Shown in pieces: positions 32,135 through 42,480 of a stretch of 64,000 nucleotides of DNA (position 1 is the stretch's first letter; every line of letters begins with the position of its first letter). Source of the DNA: an uncultured Acidobacteriota bacterium (GTDB taxonomy: Bacteria > Acidobacteriota > B3-B38 > Guanabaribacteriales > CAZYAF01); assembly GCA_964645975.1 (NCBI GenBank), contig CAZYAF010000005.1, forward strand, positions 4,332 to 68,331, read 5' to 3'. Position numbers and translations under genes: made by a program. The notes under the pieces were generated by a model. The model saw only the letters and a list, made by a program, of their open reading frames with translations, did no database searches and was not told where the DNA came from.

Positions 32135-33471
32135 GAAGAATATGATTTTATTCTTACTAAATTTTGTTGGTGAATTTCATCAAAAATATGAGTCAACTTT
32201 TGAGTAAGCTCCTGGCGAGAAAATTGCTGTCTTTGTTCGTTTGAACCTTCAGGTTTCAATTCATTTTTTCTCCATTTTTGGTATAGTGATTTAAGAGCTG
32301 ATGTTATGCTATCAATCTGTTTAGGATGACAAATGATTGAGCTTCGGTGGCTCTGTTTCACTATTTCAGCAGCTGCCCCCTCAGGGTGGGCAAGAGCCAG
32401 AATCGGCTTATCCATTAACATATACTCAAAAACCTTACCTGTCTGTTCCTGTAGATTATCACCACATATCAAGAGCAAAACATCTGCTCCGGCCATAAAA
32501 TTCAAACACTCATAATGGGGAAGAAAACTAATTAGTCTGATTTGCTTCTCTAAATCCAAGAATTTTACTGTTTCCTTTAGCTTTGGGTCAATATTGCCCA
32601 CAAATAAAATTTGAGCGCTATCCTTAAATTTTTTTTCCTCATCTACTACTTGTCTAAAAGCTTTTAGAAAAAATTCCGGCCGGCGAAAGGTTAAATTTAA
32701 TGAGCCGACATGGATAATGGTAAATTTATCATTCCGTATGGGTTTAACATTTTTCAAATCATCTTCATCAAAGCCATTGGTTATGGTATGAAATTTATTC
32801 TTAAGTTGAGGATATTTCTCACCATAATCATTTTGCATTGGCTCCGTTGCCATAATTATCGCTGCAGCTTCTTTTATAAGTCTTTTTTCTAAAGCTGCAT
32901 TGATTTTCTTTTTAAGAAAGCTTATTTTCTCTCCATATGGTGCCACCGTCCAGGCATCACGGAAATCAAGTATATATGGAACTCCACTCCATCTTTTTAG
33001 CTGGTTTGCAATCAAAAAACTGGAAAAAGGATTGCCACTAACAAAGATGAGGTCGATTTTTTTCTTACGCAATAGCCAACCGCCAGCTAACTCAGCAAAG
33101 AAAATCCAGCCAATACTCTTATCAGGAATAAAGAGCCAATTATTAAGCCAGTTAACAAATCCAAGAATTAATGACCTATATAGTTTGCTCCATTTTGATT
33201 TTGTAGCATGCAATTCTGTTCTGCTGGCAGCGCTCAGTTTAAGGGAACGGTGGCCTGGTTCAAGAGAATAAGTTCTTATTATTTCCACATCAGCAGCTAT
33301 TTCTCTCAGCAACGTTTCATCTTTCTCTCGATAGTAACCGCCTTTAGTAGTCAACACAATAGGCTTCCAACCAAAGCGAGGTAGAAATTTGCAGAATTTC
33401 ACAATTCGATAAACACCACCACCTGCGTCTGGAGGGAAAAGATGGGAAATTATAAGTACTCTTTTTTCCAT
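32131..33471 (-). CDS. family 4-like glycosyltransferase
   Basis: 446 aa; N-terminal RVLIISHLFPPDAGGGVYR and C-terminal E-x7-E-like region typical of GT-B glycosyltransferases. Confidence 0.65.
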   Translation of the reverse strand: MEKRVLIISHLFPPDAGGGVYRIVKFCKFLPRFGWKPIVLTTKGGYYREKDETLLREIAADVEIIRTYSLEPGHRSLKLSAASRTELHATKSKWSKLYRSLILGFVNWLNNWLFIPDKSIGWIFFAELAGGWLLRKKKIDLIFVSGNPFSSFLIANQLKRWSGVPYILDFRDAWTVAPYGEKISFLKKKINAALEKRLIKEAAAIIMATEPMQNDYGEKYPQLKNKFHTITNGFDEDDLKNVKPIRNDKFTIIHVGSLNLTFRRPEFFLKAFRQVVDEEKKFKDSAQILFVGNIDPKLKETVKFLDLEKQIRLISFLPHYECLNFMAGADVLLLICGDNLQEQTGKVFEYMLMDKPILALAHPEGAAAEIVKQSHRSSIICHPKQIDSITSALKSLYQKWRKNELKPEGSNEQRQQFSRQELTQKLTHIFDEIHQQNLVRIKSYSS

Positions 33472-33512
33472 ATTATAATTTTAGGTAGCCAAATATTTCT
33501 AATAAAAAGCAA

Positions 33513-33794
33513 TCAAACTTCTTTTTTTTCTACTTCAAAAAGAACACCACCATAAGGTTCAATACAGCGGAGTGTGCCTTTATTTCCTTGCCCAATTCCA
33601 AATTCCTCAAAAGTAGCCCCATGCGCCAAGGATGTAAGAATAGGAAGAAAACCAGCTAAAGCGTGAGTGCAAATCTTATCCGTCTCTTTTGTTAATACCT
33701 GCGGTATATCTATCACCATTATATCACCAGTTTTATATACCGGGCAATTCTCAACTTCTACTGCTTTGAGAATTAATCTTACCTTTTTTTGCAT
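33513..33794 (-). CDS. small conserved protein, TIGR04076-like
   Basis: 93 aa; pattern NCPVYKTGD ... CTHALAGFLP resembles TIGR04076 family. Confidence 0.4.
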   Translation of the reverse strand: MQKKVRLILKAVEVENCPVYKTGDIMVIDIPQVLTKETDKICTHALAGFLPILTSLAHGATFEEFGIGQGNKGTLRCIEPYGGVLFEVEKKEV

Positions 33795-33847
33795 TAGCTT
33801 TCCTCTTTATCAGAAATATGAAAAGATTTTCTTTATATATTGACTGA

Positions 33848-35155
33848 TTACTTGATTACTATATTTCCAATTCCTTTTTCTTTCATGAGTTTCTCAATCT
33901 CAGCAATTTCTTTAGGAACTGAAGAACTAAGCACTTTATGACCTTCTTCAGTAATGAGGATATCATCCTCTATTCTCACACCCAGGTCTTCTTCGGGTAT
34001 GTATATCCCCGGCTCTACAGTTATTACCATTCCCGGTTTGAATTTTGCATCATGATCCCCCACATCATGTACGTTCATCCCCAGCCAATGTGACGTGCCA
34101 TGGATAAAATATTTGCCGTACCCTTTTGATTTGATATAATCTCTCGCTACTTTGTCAATATCTTTAAGTGTAGCTCCTGGTTTAACCGCTTTAATTGCTC
34201 GTTTATTGGCTTCGAAGACAATGCTGTATATATCCCTTTGCCTTGGAGTGAATTTACCGGAGACGGGTATGGTTCTGGTAATGTCAGCGGAATAATTTTC
34301 GTACTCTGCTCCTATGTCCATTACCAGTATGTCACCAGGTTCCATTTTTCTTGTACATTTCTCATAATGCAAAATACATGAGTTTGAACCCGCACCCACA
34401 ATTGAGGGAAAGCCCCAACCAGTTGCCCCTCTCTTCTGGTAGACATATTCAATAACAGCCTTAATCTCGTATTCATAAATCCCCGGTTCCACTGTTTTCA
34501 TCGCTTCTCGTTGAGCAGTGCTGGTTATATCTATAGCTCGCTGCAGCAGTTCCATTTCTTCGGGTGATTTTATCAACCGCATTTTTGCCAATTTCGGAGA
34601 TAAGTCTTTTATTAGCAAATGAGGATAGCGCTCCTTAATCTGATTTACGAAATATACCTGAGCAGTAAGAGGTTGATTTCTTTCCATAATTTTTGATGGC
34701 TTAACATAATAAAAATCATCTATAACTCGCAGAAGCCTTGAGGTTATCCGTTCAAATTCATCTATGCTTAATACCGTTTCGATTCCGCACATTTCCTGCG
34801 CTTCTTCACCTGGCCCCATACTCTTTCCTTCCCACCGTTCCCGCGTGGGGGTGTGCGAAGGGAGAAAAAGAATTTCTTTCTTCATCTGACTCTTAGGATA
34901 TAAGACCAAAAAAGCTCCCGGCTCTTTTATCCCCGTCAGATATAAAAAATTATTATCCACCCGAAAAGGATAATATACATCACCATTACGAAACGGAGGA
35001 TATCCACTCATTAGCACGGCAATGCCCGAACTTATCTCTTTCATTACCTCCGCCCGCCGCTGTTGATAAATCTCCTTATCCAGCTCTAAAGCGAAAACTG
35101 GAAAAGCTATTAAAGATATAATTATAAATAATAGTAACAATTTTGCTTTTTGCAC
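33848..35155 (-). CDS. secreted Xaa-Pro aminopeptidase (M24 family)
   Basis: 435 aa; signal peptide; M24 metal-binding pattern (DIGAEY...HGTSHWLGMNVHDVG...E...E). Confidence 0.8.
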   Translation of the reverse strand: MQKAKLLLLFIIISLIAFPVFALELDKEIYQQRRAEVMKEISSGIAVLMSGYPPFRNGDVYYPFRVDNNFLYLTGIKEPGAFLVLYPKSQMKKEILFLPSHTPTRERWEGKSMGPGEEAQEMCGIETVLSIDEFERITSRLLRVIDDFYYVKPSKIMERNQPLTAQVYFVNQIKERYPHLLIKDLSPKLAKMRLIKSPEEMELLQRAIDITSTAQREAMKTVEPGIYEYEIKAVIEYVYQKRGATGWGFPSIVGAGSNSCILHYEKCTRKMEPGDILVMDIGAEYENYSADITRTIPVSGKFTPRQRDIYSIVFEANKRAIKAVKPGATLKDIDKVARDYIKSKGYGKYFIHGTSHWLGMNVHDVGDHDAKFKPGMVITVEPGIYIPEEDLGVRIEDDILITEEGHKVLSSSVPKEIAEIEKLMKEKGIGNIVIK

Positions 35156-35269
35156 TAATTTATCTCCTCATTTCAATCTTGATAAATTTGACAAAAAAAA
35201 TAGCCTCTTTTGGCTATTATATGAAAAATATTTAATCTTCTAAAAGATTTTATTAATTAGGGACTTTTC

Positions 35270-35830
35270 CTATTTATCTATTGTTATTACGTATCCTAGT
35301 TTTTCTAAAATTTCAATTGCTCTTTCTAAGGAACTTTGGTCAATTTTCCAGGCAAAAGATTTTGCTTTTTCCCTGATTTCTTCAGGAGTTATCGGTTTTC
35401 CTTCTTTATCAATGAAATAGTAAGCTTTTGCTGCTACAGATAAATCCATATAATCAATATTTCCTAACTGTTTCAATTCTGAGAAAAAATTTTTTATTCC
35501 ATTCCATTCATCTTTATATTTTTCTGCAATCCTTTTAGCTATCTTCTCTCCTGCTGGTGTTAATTCACAATCAAATCTTTTTCTTTCAAAACCATGGCTA
35601 TTGAAAATTCCGAGGTCTTCCTCTTTTTCATTGATTATTCCTATAGCGATTAAGTTTGATAATTCAATATTTATATCTGGCGAATAGGGACCGTAATAAT
35701 GTGGAATAAATCTCAAATCTAGACCTATATTTTTGTTAAGGAAATACATACATTTTTGCAGATATGTCTTCCCTTTGATATTGTTGTCATTTGCTAATAA
35801 TGCTAATAATATTAATTCATTAGCTTTCAT
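35270..35830 (-). CDS. Panacea (DUF4065/SocA)-like domain protein, translationally coupled to upstream HD-domain gene
   Basis: start set to ATG 35830 (MKANELILL) with AAAAAGGAG RBS; 11-nt overlap with HD gene stop; block TYLQKCMYFL...HYYGPYSPDI resembles Panacea domain core. Confidence 0.4.
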   Translation of the reverse strand: MKANELILLALLANDNNIKGKTYLQKCMYFLNKNIGLDLRFIPHYYGPYSPDINIELSNLIAIGIINEKEEDLGIFNSHGFERKRFDCELTPAGEKIAKRIAEKYKDEWNGIKNFFSELKQLGNIDYMDLSVAAKAYYFIDKEGKPITPEEIREKAKSFAWKIDQSSLERAIEILEKLGYVITIDK

Positions 35831-37154
35831 TAGCGACTCCTTTTTTATTTTTAAAATAATCACTTATTATATTATATATGATTTTATCATGTTTTTTATA
35901 CATTTTTTTCTTATCAACATTATCTTTATATTCTAAAGGAGCATAGCACTCTATAAATCTTTCTGACTTTTCTAAAATCTCATATAATTTAGATTCGTAT
36001 TTAATTTCTACTGGTTTGTCTGCTTTAACTACAAATAAATCAAGACCTTTATTTTTCTCGAAAATTCCCATAGAAATAATCTTTAAAATAACATCATTTT
36101 TATTTTCACTAATATTTCCAGCTATTTTATCTTCTAATTCTGCCTTTTCTTTTGTATCCATATTTTCTATTTGTAATCTTATATCTTCTTCGAAATTATT
36201 TATTTTTTGTGAAAAAACTCTTTTTAGCAATTTTCTATTGTAGAGATTGGAAAAGATTCTTCCGGCGTTAGTATTTTGATAATTTTCAAGTAATCTTATT
36301 GTTAATTTTTCGTCATTCCAATTTAAATATTCCTTCAAATATTCTGGTGAATCTTTGTAAATATAAATTTCTTTTAAAAAATCAATATTATCTACTTCAA
36401 CACCTAATTCAATTGCACGAACTATCATTGAATCAGTTATCAGTCTTACCTTATGCATATATACTTGAGAATCTATATAATATTTTGCTAAGAGAAATTG
36501 TTCAAAAGCTCTGATCCCATCTTCATGTATCATTAAAGAACGATCATATTTATCAATTGGTTCAGCTTTTATACTCTTGATAAGCTGATAATAATCATAA
36601 ATACCATATTTAACTCCGCAATGATAACTATCTCTTAGCAAGTAATCTATCTTATCTACATCTAAAGGTCCTGATATAATTTCTCGCAAATAACTTTCCT
36701 CATACCCTTCTTTTATTAAAGAAGAAATTGCTCTACATCTATTTTTTCCCAATATTCCGCACAATTCTTCATTTTGCTCTATTATTTTGCAAGTTATGGT
36801 TTCATGAAAATTGATTTTTCCGTGAATTCCTATATTTTCAGAAAGATTTTTCATAACCTCTTCTGATACATGAGAAAAAGGTCCATGACCTATATCATGC
36901 AATAATGCTGCAAATCGTAAGATTTCTTTTTTATCTTGGTCAATTTTTAGCTGTTCTGCAATTAATCCAGCTAAGTGCATAACCCCTAATGAATGCTCAA
37001 ATCTTGTATGATTTGCTCCGGGATAGACTAAATTTGCTAATGCTAACTGCTTGATTCTTTTTAATCTTTGAAATACTTCGGTGTCTATTATTTTTTGCTC
37101 AGTTTCATTAGGATGAATAAATCCATATATTGGATCACGAATATCAAATCTCAT
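35820..37154 (-). CDS. HD-domain phosphohydrolase, dGTPase/SAMHD1-like dNTP triphosphohydrolase family
   Basis: 444 aa; HTRFEHSLGV, LLHDIGHGPFSH and DVDKIDYLLRD motifs characteristic of dNTPase-type HD proteins. Confidence 0.7.
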   Translation of the reverse strand: MRFDIRDPIYGFIHPNETEQKIIDTEVFQRLKRIKQLALANLVYPGANHTRFEHSLGVMHLAGLIAEQLKIDQDKKEILRFAALLHDIGHGPFSHVSEEVMKNLSENIGIHGKINFHETITCKIIEQNEELCGILGKNRCRAISSLIKEGYEESYLREIISGPLDVDKIDYLLRDSYHCGVKYGIYDYYQLIKSIKAEPIDKYDRSLMIHEDGIRAFEQFLLAKYYIDSQVYMHKVRLITDSMIVRAIELGVEVDNIDFLKEIYIYKDSPEYLKEYLNWNDEKLTIRLLENYQNTNAGRIFSNLYNRKLLKRVFSQKINNFEEDIRLQIENMDTKEKAELEDKIAGNISENKNDVILKIISMGIFEKNKGLDLFVVKADKPVEIKYESKLYEILEKSERFIECYAPLEYKDNVDKKKMYKKHDKIIYNIISDYFKNKKGVANES

Positions 37155-37227
37155 AATATTTTTCTAAAAAAATATTTCATATCAACATATAAACAATTTC
37201 ACCATATTTCAGTCTAAAATAATATAA

Positions 37228-38019
37228 TTATTTTTTAATCTCATCTAAATTGATTTTCATTCCATCGCGGGCGGCTATGACTTTTACTCCGAGGCTTTTC
37301 TGTAATTGTGCCGCCAGTTCCCACGGTTTGGCGCGAAGCATGGTCATGCCGAAGTGAGTGAGCACTGCTAACTTAGGTTTTACTTCAGAAATTATCTTCT
37401 CGGCATCAGCAAATTTCAGATGGTCAATATCGCGTTTAACCGCACCGTCAGGCTCATATCTGACAACATTAAGGATAAGCACATCACCGCGATAATACTG
37501 TGTGAGCTCCGGGAAGAATCGTGTATCAGCTACATGCGATATCGTTCCTCCCGAGTATCGAATGTTCAAGCCATAAGTCTCTACGGAATGTATATGGCGG
37601 AGGGGAGTAGAAAATGTAATCCTACCTAATTCATACTCCTTACCTTCGTGCAGCATAACAATTTCCTCAACAAATCCCTGAAGATACTTGTAGACCACTC
37701 CTTCCTCACCCAAAGCATCTGCAGGTAAAAAGAGCTTGCCACGTTTGTTGAAACCTCCATTAGTCATAGCTTCGATCATGATATTTATATCGCCGGAGTG
37801 ATCCAAATGCTTATGAGTAAGGATAATGCCTTTTAATTTAGCTGGATCAAGGCGAGGCCGACTGGAGGTACAGCGTACAAGAGAACCAGGTCCAGGATCA
37901 ACTATGAAGTCACTCCCATCCAAGCTATACCATAATCCCCCTGAGGCACGCGCCTGCCGGCTTACAACAATACGGGCTCCTGCTGTACCCAAAAATTTTA
38001 TAAAGTTTTTATCATTCAT
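37228..38019 (-). CDS. MBL-fold metallo-hydrolase
   Basis: 263 aa; THKHLDHSGD metal-binding motif. Confidence 0.65.
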   Translation of the reverse strand: MNDKNFIKFLGTAGARIVVSRQARASGGLWYSLDGSDFIVDPGPGSLVRCTSSRPRLDPAKLKGIILTHKHLDHSGDINIMIEAMTNGGFNKRGKLFLPADALGEEGVVYKYLQGFVEEIVMLHEGKEYELGRITFSTPLRHIHSVETYGLNIRYSGGTISHVADTRFFPELTQYYRGDVLILNVVRYEPDGAVKRDIDHLKFADAEKIISEVKPKLAVLTHFGMTMLRAKPWELAAQLQKSLGVKVIAARDGMKINLDEIKK

Positions 38020-38030
38020 TTAATAATGCT

Positions 38031-38819
38031 TCATCGCTCCACATCATCCATACGAAAAGGCTCGCTCAGGCCTCTGGCCTCCAGAATTTCTCTTATAGAT
38101 TTTGCATTCTTAGGTGCATTGCATTGAGGATCATTATTAAAATAGATATAAATCCTTTCCGTCTCTTCTGCTGCTTTTTCTATAATATCAGCCCAGCGCT
38201 CTAACTCTCCCTGGCTGTAATCATAATGTATCATCCTTTCAGCCCCATGGAAGCGAAAATATTTATGGTTGCTGAGCACATCATTAAAGGGCTCTTTTTT
38301 AGGCCAGCTCAAACTAACTAAATCGCAATTATTCTCTCTTAATAATGTGTACACTTCCTCGCTATACCAACTGAAGTGGCGAAATTCGAAGGAGAAATCA
38401 ACTTCCTCCGATGGCAGGATTGATAATAAATCTTTCAATCCTTGAATGTATATAGAAAAGGACGCAGGAAATTGAAAGAGTACTGCACCCAACTTTTTTT
38501 CATCCACCAGCGGTGCTAAAGTAGTCCAGAAGTTTCTCCAGGGTGAATCAATATCCAGCAATCTTTTTTTATGCGTTATAAGCTGGTTAGCTTTAATTGT
38601 GAAGCGAAATCTTTCACTCCCCTTTTTAGCCCAATTTTTAACCGTAGTTATTTTTGGATAGTGATAAAATGTAGAATTTACTTCAACGGAGTTAAAGTTC
38701 TCGAGATAGAAATTGAGCATTTTATACGATTTTATATCCTCGGGATAAAAGCATCCTCGCCAGTGCTGATAACTCCAGCCGGAGCAACCAATGTATATAA
38801 TGCATTTTTTTTCTGTCAT
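38031..38819 (-). CDS. DUF72 (YecE-like) family protein
   Basis: 262 aa; IGCSGWSYQHW and VNSTFY motifs of DUF72. Confidence 0.7.
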   Translation of the reverse strand: MTEKKCIIYIGCSGWSYQHWRGCFYPEDIKSYKMLNFYLENFNSVEVNSTFYHYPKITTVKNWAKKGSERFRFTIKANQLITHKKRLLDIDSPWRNFWTTLAPLVDEKKLGAVLFQFPASFSIYIQGLKDLLSILPSEEVDFSFEFRHFSWYSEEVYTLLRENNCDLVSLSWPKKEPFNDVLSNHKYFRFHGAERMIHYDYSQGELERWADIIEKAAEETERIYIYFNNDPQCNAPKNAKSIREILEARGLSEPFRMDDVER

Positions 38820-38920
38820 GTAAGCCCCCTGGTGCTGGTATATTATATTTTATTACACTATAATAATTTATTAGTAATTTATCAATAGTAAAAAATATAT
38901 TATGGAGTTGGTAGTTTAAT

Positions 38921-39910
38921 ATGAGTAAAAATAAGATTTCCCGCAGGGATTTTATGCTGCTCAGCTCAGCAGCTGTTTTAAACAGGTGGGAAAACAACAA
39001 CATTTTCCAAGAAAATAAAAAAATAAGATTAACAAAAACATCTGTTTTTATAAAAGTTCTTGGTACTGCTCAGGATGGAGGCTTACCACAGGCCGGATGT
39101 TACTGTGCTCATTGCTTAAAAGCAAGGAAGAATAAAGATTTTCGCCGTTTTGTCAGTTCAGTAGCTGTTATTAATAAAAAAAGAAATCAAATATATTTAA
39201 TAGATGCAACCCCTGACATTCGCGAACAAATCGACCTCCTTTTTCTGCCGCATGAATTTCAGAAGCGGGGAAAAAGAAATCCAATAGATGCACTTCTCTT
39301 AACCCACGGGCATACTGGACATTACAGCGGTTTGGTTCATCTCGGCAGGGAAGCCGCAGGTGTCAAAGGTTTAAGTGTATATTGCACCCATAGTATGGGA
39401 GGTTTTCTTGATAAGAATGGTCCATGGAGTCTAATGGTGCAGCTTGAGAATATAAATTTGAAATGTTTCGAGGTAAATAAAACTATCAAATTGGATGAAG
39501 AGATAAGCTTTAGAGCAATACCCGTACCCCATCGTGCTGAATTTACTGATACAGTTGCTTTCGAAATAATTGGTCCCCAGAAAAGATTATTATATTTGCC
39601 GGATATAGATCGATGGGAACTGGTAGAACAGGAAATAAGAGAGCTTCTATCAAAAGTGGATTATGCTATGCTGGATGGGACTTTTTTTTCTGCTGATGAG
39701 CTTCCTGGAAGAAATATGTCACAGGTTCCTCACCCCTTAATACCTCATTCTATTGAGCTTTTTAAGGATATAGCGAGCAAAAAGAAGGGCTCTATTTTCT
39801 TTATCCATTTAAATCACACGAATAAACTTTTGAGTGACGATAAAGCGCGCGGTTTAATAAGACAACAGGGATTTGAAATTGCAGATGAGAGGATGGAATT
39901 AATCATTTAG
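38921..39910 (+). CDS. MBL-fold metallo-hydrolase (PqqB-like) with twin-arginine signal peptide
   Basis: 329 aa; SRRDFMLLSSAAV Tat motif; LLTHGHTGHYSG metal-binding motif. Confidence 0.6.
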   Translation: MSKNKISRRDFMLLSSAAVLNRWENNNIFQENKKIRLTKTSVFIKVLGTAQDGGLPQAGCYCAHCLKARKNKDFRRFVSSVAVINKKRNQIYLIDATPDIREQIDLLFLPHEFQKRGKRNPIDALLLTHGHTGHYSGLVHLGREAAGVKGLSVYCTHSMGGFLDKNGPWSLMVQLENINLKCFEVNKTIKLDEEISFRAIPVPHRAEFTDTVAFEIIGPQKRLLYLPDIDRWELVEQEIRELLSKVDYAMLDGTFFSADELPGRNMSQVPHPLIPHSIELFKDIASKKKGSIFFIHLNHTNKLLSDDKARGLIRQQGFEIADERMELII

Positions 39911-39985
39911 CAGTAATGATCGTAAAGAAGGGCAGGGCATTGACCCCACCCTTCTCTATTCTACCATGAATAAGGTTAGCTTTTT

Positions 39986-41485
39986 TTAATCTTCCTCAGG
40001 AATCTCTATTGGAATATAAAATACTCCTCCATCGCGTTTTATTACCAGTAATATCGTATCTCCCTTCTTTACCTTATCTATAATACTGTAATAATCATCT
40101 GTGCTCTCGACTGGTTGACGATTAACTTCTATAATTAAATCTCGCACTCGCAAGCCAGCATCATAGGCCAGACTTCCACGCTGTACATTGACAACTACAA
40201 CACCCTTTTCTGCTTCATATCCCAGTCGTCGTGCCAGACTCGGTGTGAGCGTTCGTACCTGCAAACCTAATTTGCTTTCTACTTTTTCTTCTTTCTTCTC
40301 TTGTGCCTGATCAGTTTTCAATTCTCCTAACTTCATTTTAATGACTTTCTCTTTCCCTTTTCTTAGGATAAGAAGCTCAACCTCTGTACCCGGTTCGATT
40401 GCAGCTACCATCATCTGCAATGCAGAAGTACTTTCAGGTTTTTTTCCTTGGAATTCTAAGATAATATCTTCTCTGTTTAGACCTGCCTTTTCGGCAGGGG
40501 AGTTTTCATCAATCTTTGTGATGAGAATACCCTCAGCTTTTTCCAGGCCGAGAGCTTTAGCCATTTTTTCATCTATTGCACTGATTTGCACACCAAGCCA
40601 TCCACGTACTACTCTGCCTTTAGCAATGATGGAATCCATAACCATCTTGACCATATTTATTGGGATGGCAAAACCTATTCCTTGATAGCCACCACTTCCT
40701 GAGACTATTAATGTATTAATCCCAATAACCTGACCACGAAGATTTACTAAAGCTCCTCCACTATTACCGGGATTAATAGCAGCATCGGTTTGAATAAAAT
40801 CTTGAAACCTGGTAGGTAACGCTAAATTGGACCTTCCGGTGGCACTAACAATACCGGCTGTTACTGTATGCTTTAAAATCTCACTAAAGGGGTTGCCAAT
40901 TGCTAATACCCACTCACCTACCTCCAATTTCTCAGAATCACCCAAAACAGCTGCAGGTAAACTATTTTCATCAACCTTTACTACTGCTACATCCGTCAAA
41001 GGATCGGTTCCAACTATTTTAGCCTTTACTCTTCGTCCATCTGATAAGGTGACATAAATCTTTTTTGCTTTCTCAACCACATGGTTATTAGTTATGATAT
41101 AACCATCAGTAGTAGCAATAACTCCTGAACCTAATACTGGTCGTACTATTTCCCTTCGCTGATCTTCTGGAAATTGGAAAAATCGATCGAAGAAATCCTC
41201 AAAAGGACTATCAAAAAAGCCGCTCGTTGGCCTTTCAACTACTTGCTCGCTATTAATGGTAACTACAGATGGTGTTACCTTTTTAGAAACTGCAACAAAG
41301 GCTTTGCTAAGACTTTCTAATCCCTGCAGCTCTTCTGATGGTTTCTGGAGAACATATTTGGGAGAATCTGAAGCTGCATAGCTCTTTGCATTAGTATCCA
41401 GATTTGAGCTTATAATCAATCCTACTATTAACCCGGCTATGCCAAAAATCGAGGCAATTAAAATAAGTTTAGATTTCATAGTCAA
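39986..41485 (-). CDS. htrA: periplasmic serine endoprotease HtrA/DegP family with two PDZ domains
   Basis: 499 aa; signal/TM; trypsin-like domain with GNSGGALVN active-site serine motif; two PDZ-like regions. Confidence 0.85.
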   Translation of the reverse strand: MTMKSKLILIASIFGIAGLIVGLIISSNLDTNAKSYAASDSPKYVLQKPSEELQGLESLSKAFVAVSKKVTPSVVTINSEQVVERPTSGFFDSPFEDFFDRFFQFPEDQRREIVRPVLGSGVIATTDGYIITNNHVVEKAKKIYVTLSDGRRVKAKIVGTDPLTDVAVVKVDENSLPAAVLGDSEKLEVGEWVLAIGNPFSEILKHTVTAGIVSATGRSNLALPTRFQDFIQTDAAINPGNSGGALVNLRGQVIGINTLIVSGSGGYQGIGFAIPINMVKMVMDSIIAKGRVVRGWLGVQISAIDEKMAKALGLEKAEGILITKIDENSPAEKAGLNREDIILEFQGKKPESTSALQMMVAAIEPGTEVELLILRKGKEKVIKMKLGELKTDQAQEKKEEKVESKLGLQVRTLTPSLARRLGYEAEKGVVVVNVQRGSLAYDAGLRVRDLIIEVNRQPVESTDDYYSIIDKVKKGDTILLVIKRDGGVFYIPIEIPEED

Positions 41486-41579
41486 TATCTACCTCCTTGT
41501 TTTATCTTTCTATTTTTAAATTAATAAATCCATAAAATTATTACTGTACTCGCTATTACGGATAAATGAAATTTTTTTA

Positions 41580-42224
41580 TTATTTCGGCACCTTTTTCCA
41601 ATCGTCCAAAAATCTTTTTAAGCCAATGTCGGTTAAAGGATGGTGAATTAACTTATCAATTACTTTAAAAGGGATGGTGGCAATGTGCGCCCCGGTAAGG
41701 GCAGCTTCTACTACATGAACTGGGTGTCTTATACTGGCAACAATGACTTCAGTTTCAAAATCATAATTGTCCAAAATAGTCAAAATGTCATGCACCAAAT
41801 CCATGCCAAAATGACTGATATCATCCAACCTACCGATAAAGGGGCTTACAAAGGTAGTACCAGCTTTAGCAGCCAAAAGAGCCTGCGAAGGAGAAAAGAC
41901 TAAGGTAGTATTTGTTTTTATTCCCTCAGCAGTCAGCATTTTTATAGCTTTCATTCCTTCGCGGATAATAGGGACCTTAATAACGATGTTATCCGCAATT
42001 TTTGCCAGCTCACGAGCTTCTCTAACCATGGGCTCTGCCTCAATACTCACTACTTCGGCGCTTATAGGCCCATCTATTAGTGAAGCAATTTCCTTTAACA
42101 AATCTTTGGCTGGACGGTTCTCTCTGGATATAAGAGTAGGATTAGTAGTAACCCCATCTAATACACCTAACTCCTTTGCTTGCTTTATCTCATCTATATT
42201 GGCAGTATCAATAAAGAACTTCAT
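41580..42224 (-). CDS. tal: transaldolase / fructose-6-phosphate aldolase family (short form)
   Basis: 214 aa; [11 protein letters not shown]...GVTTNPTL and Schiff-base lysine region typical of short transaldolases. Confidence 0.8.
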   Translation of the reverse strand: MKFFIDTANIDEIKQAKELGVLDGVTTNPTLISRENRPAKDLLKEIASLIDGPISAEVVSIEAEPMVREARELAKIADNIVIKVPIIREGMKAIKMLTAEGIKTNTTLVFSPSQALLAAKAGTTFVSPFIGRLDDISHFGMDLVHDILTILDNYDFETEVIVASIRHPVHVVEAALTGAHIATIPFKVIDKLIHHPLTDIGLKRFLDDWKKVPK

Positions 42225-42480
42225 TCTACCTCCTTTTTCTATTTATTTTATTGGCTTTTTGTCAATTGCCCGCTTTTTTTACTAATACTACCATAAATAT
42301 TTAGTTTGGTAAAGTGAGAAAAAGGTTGACCAATATTAAAAAATAATGTGTTTTTTATTTTTGTCAAGCCGATATTATATAAAAATTTATAACATTTAAT
42401 CCTTTCTCTACTGTATCTTGTATGTTATAATTTTTAGCCCGCATTAATTAATAAACAAAAGCTCAAAGGAGTTGATCCTT

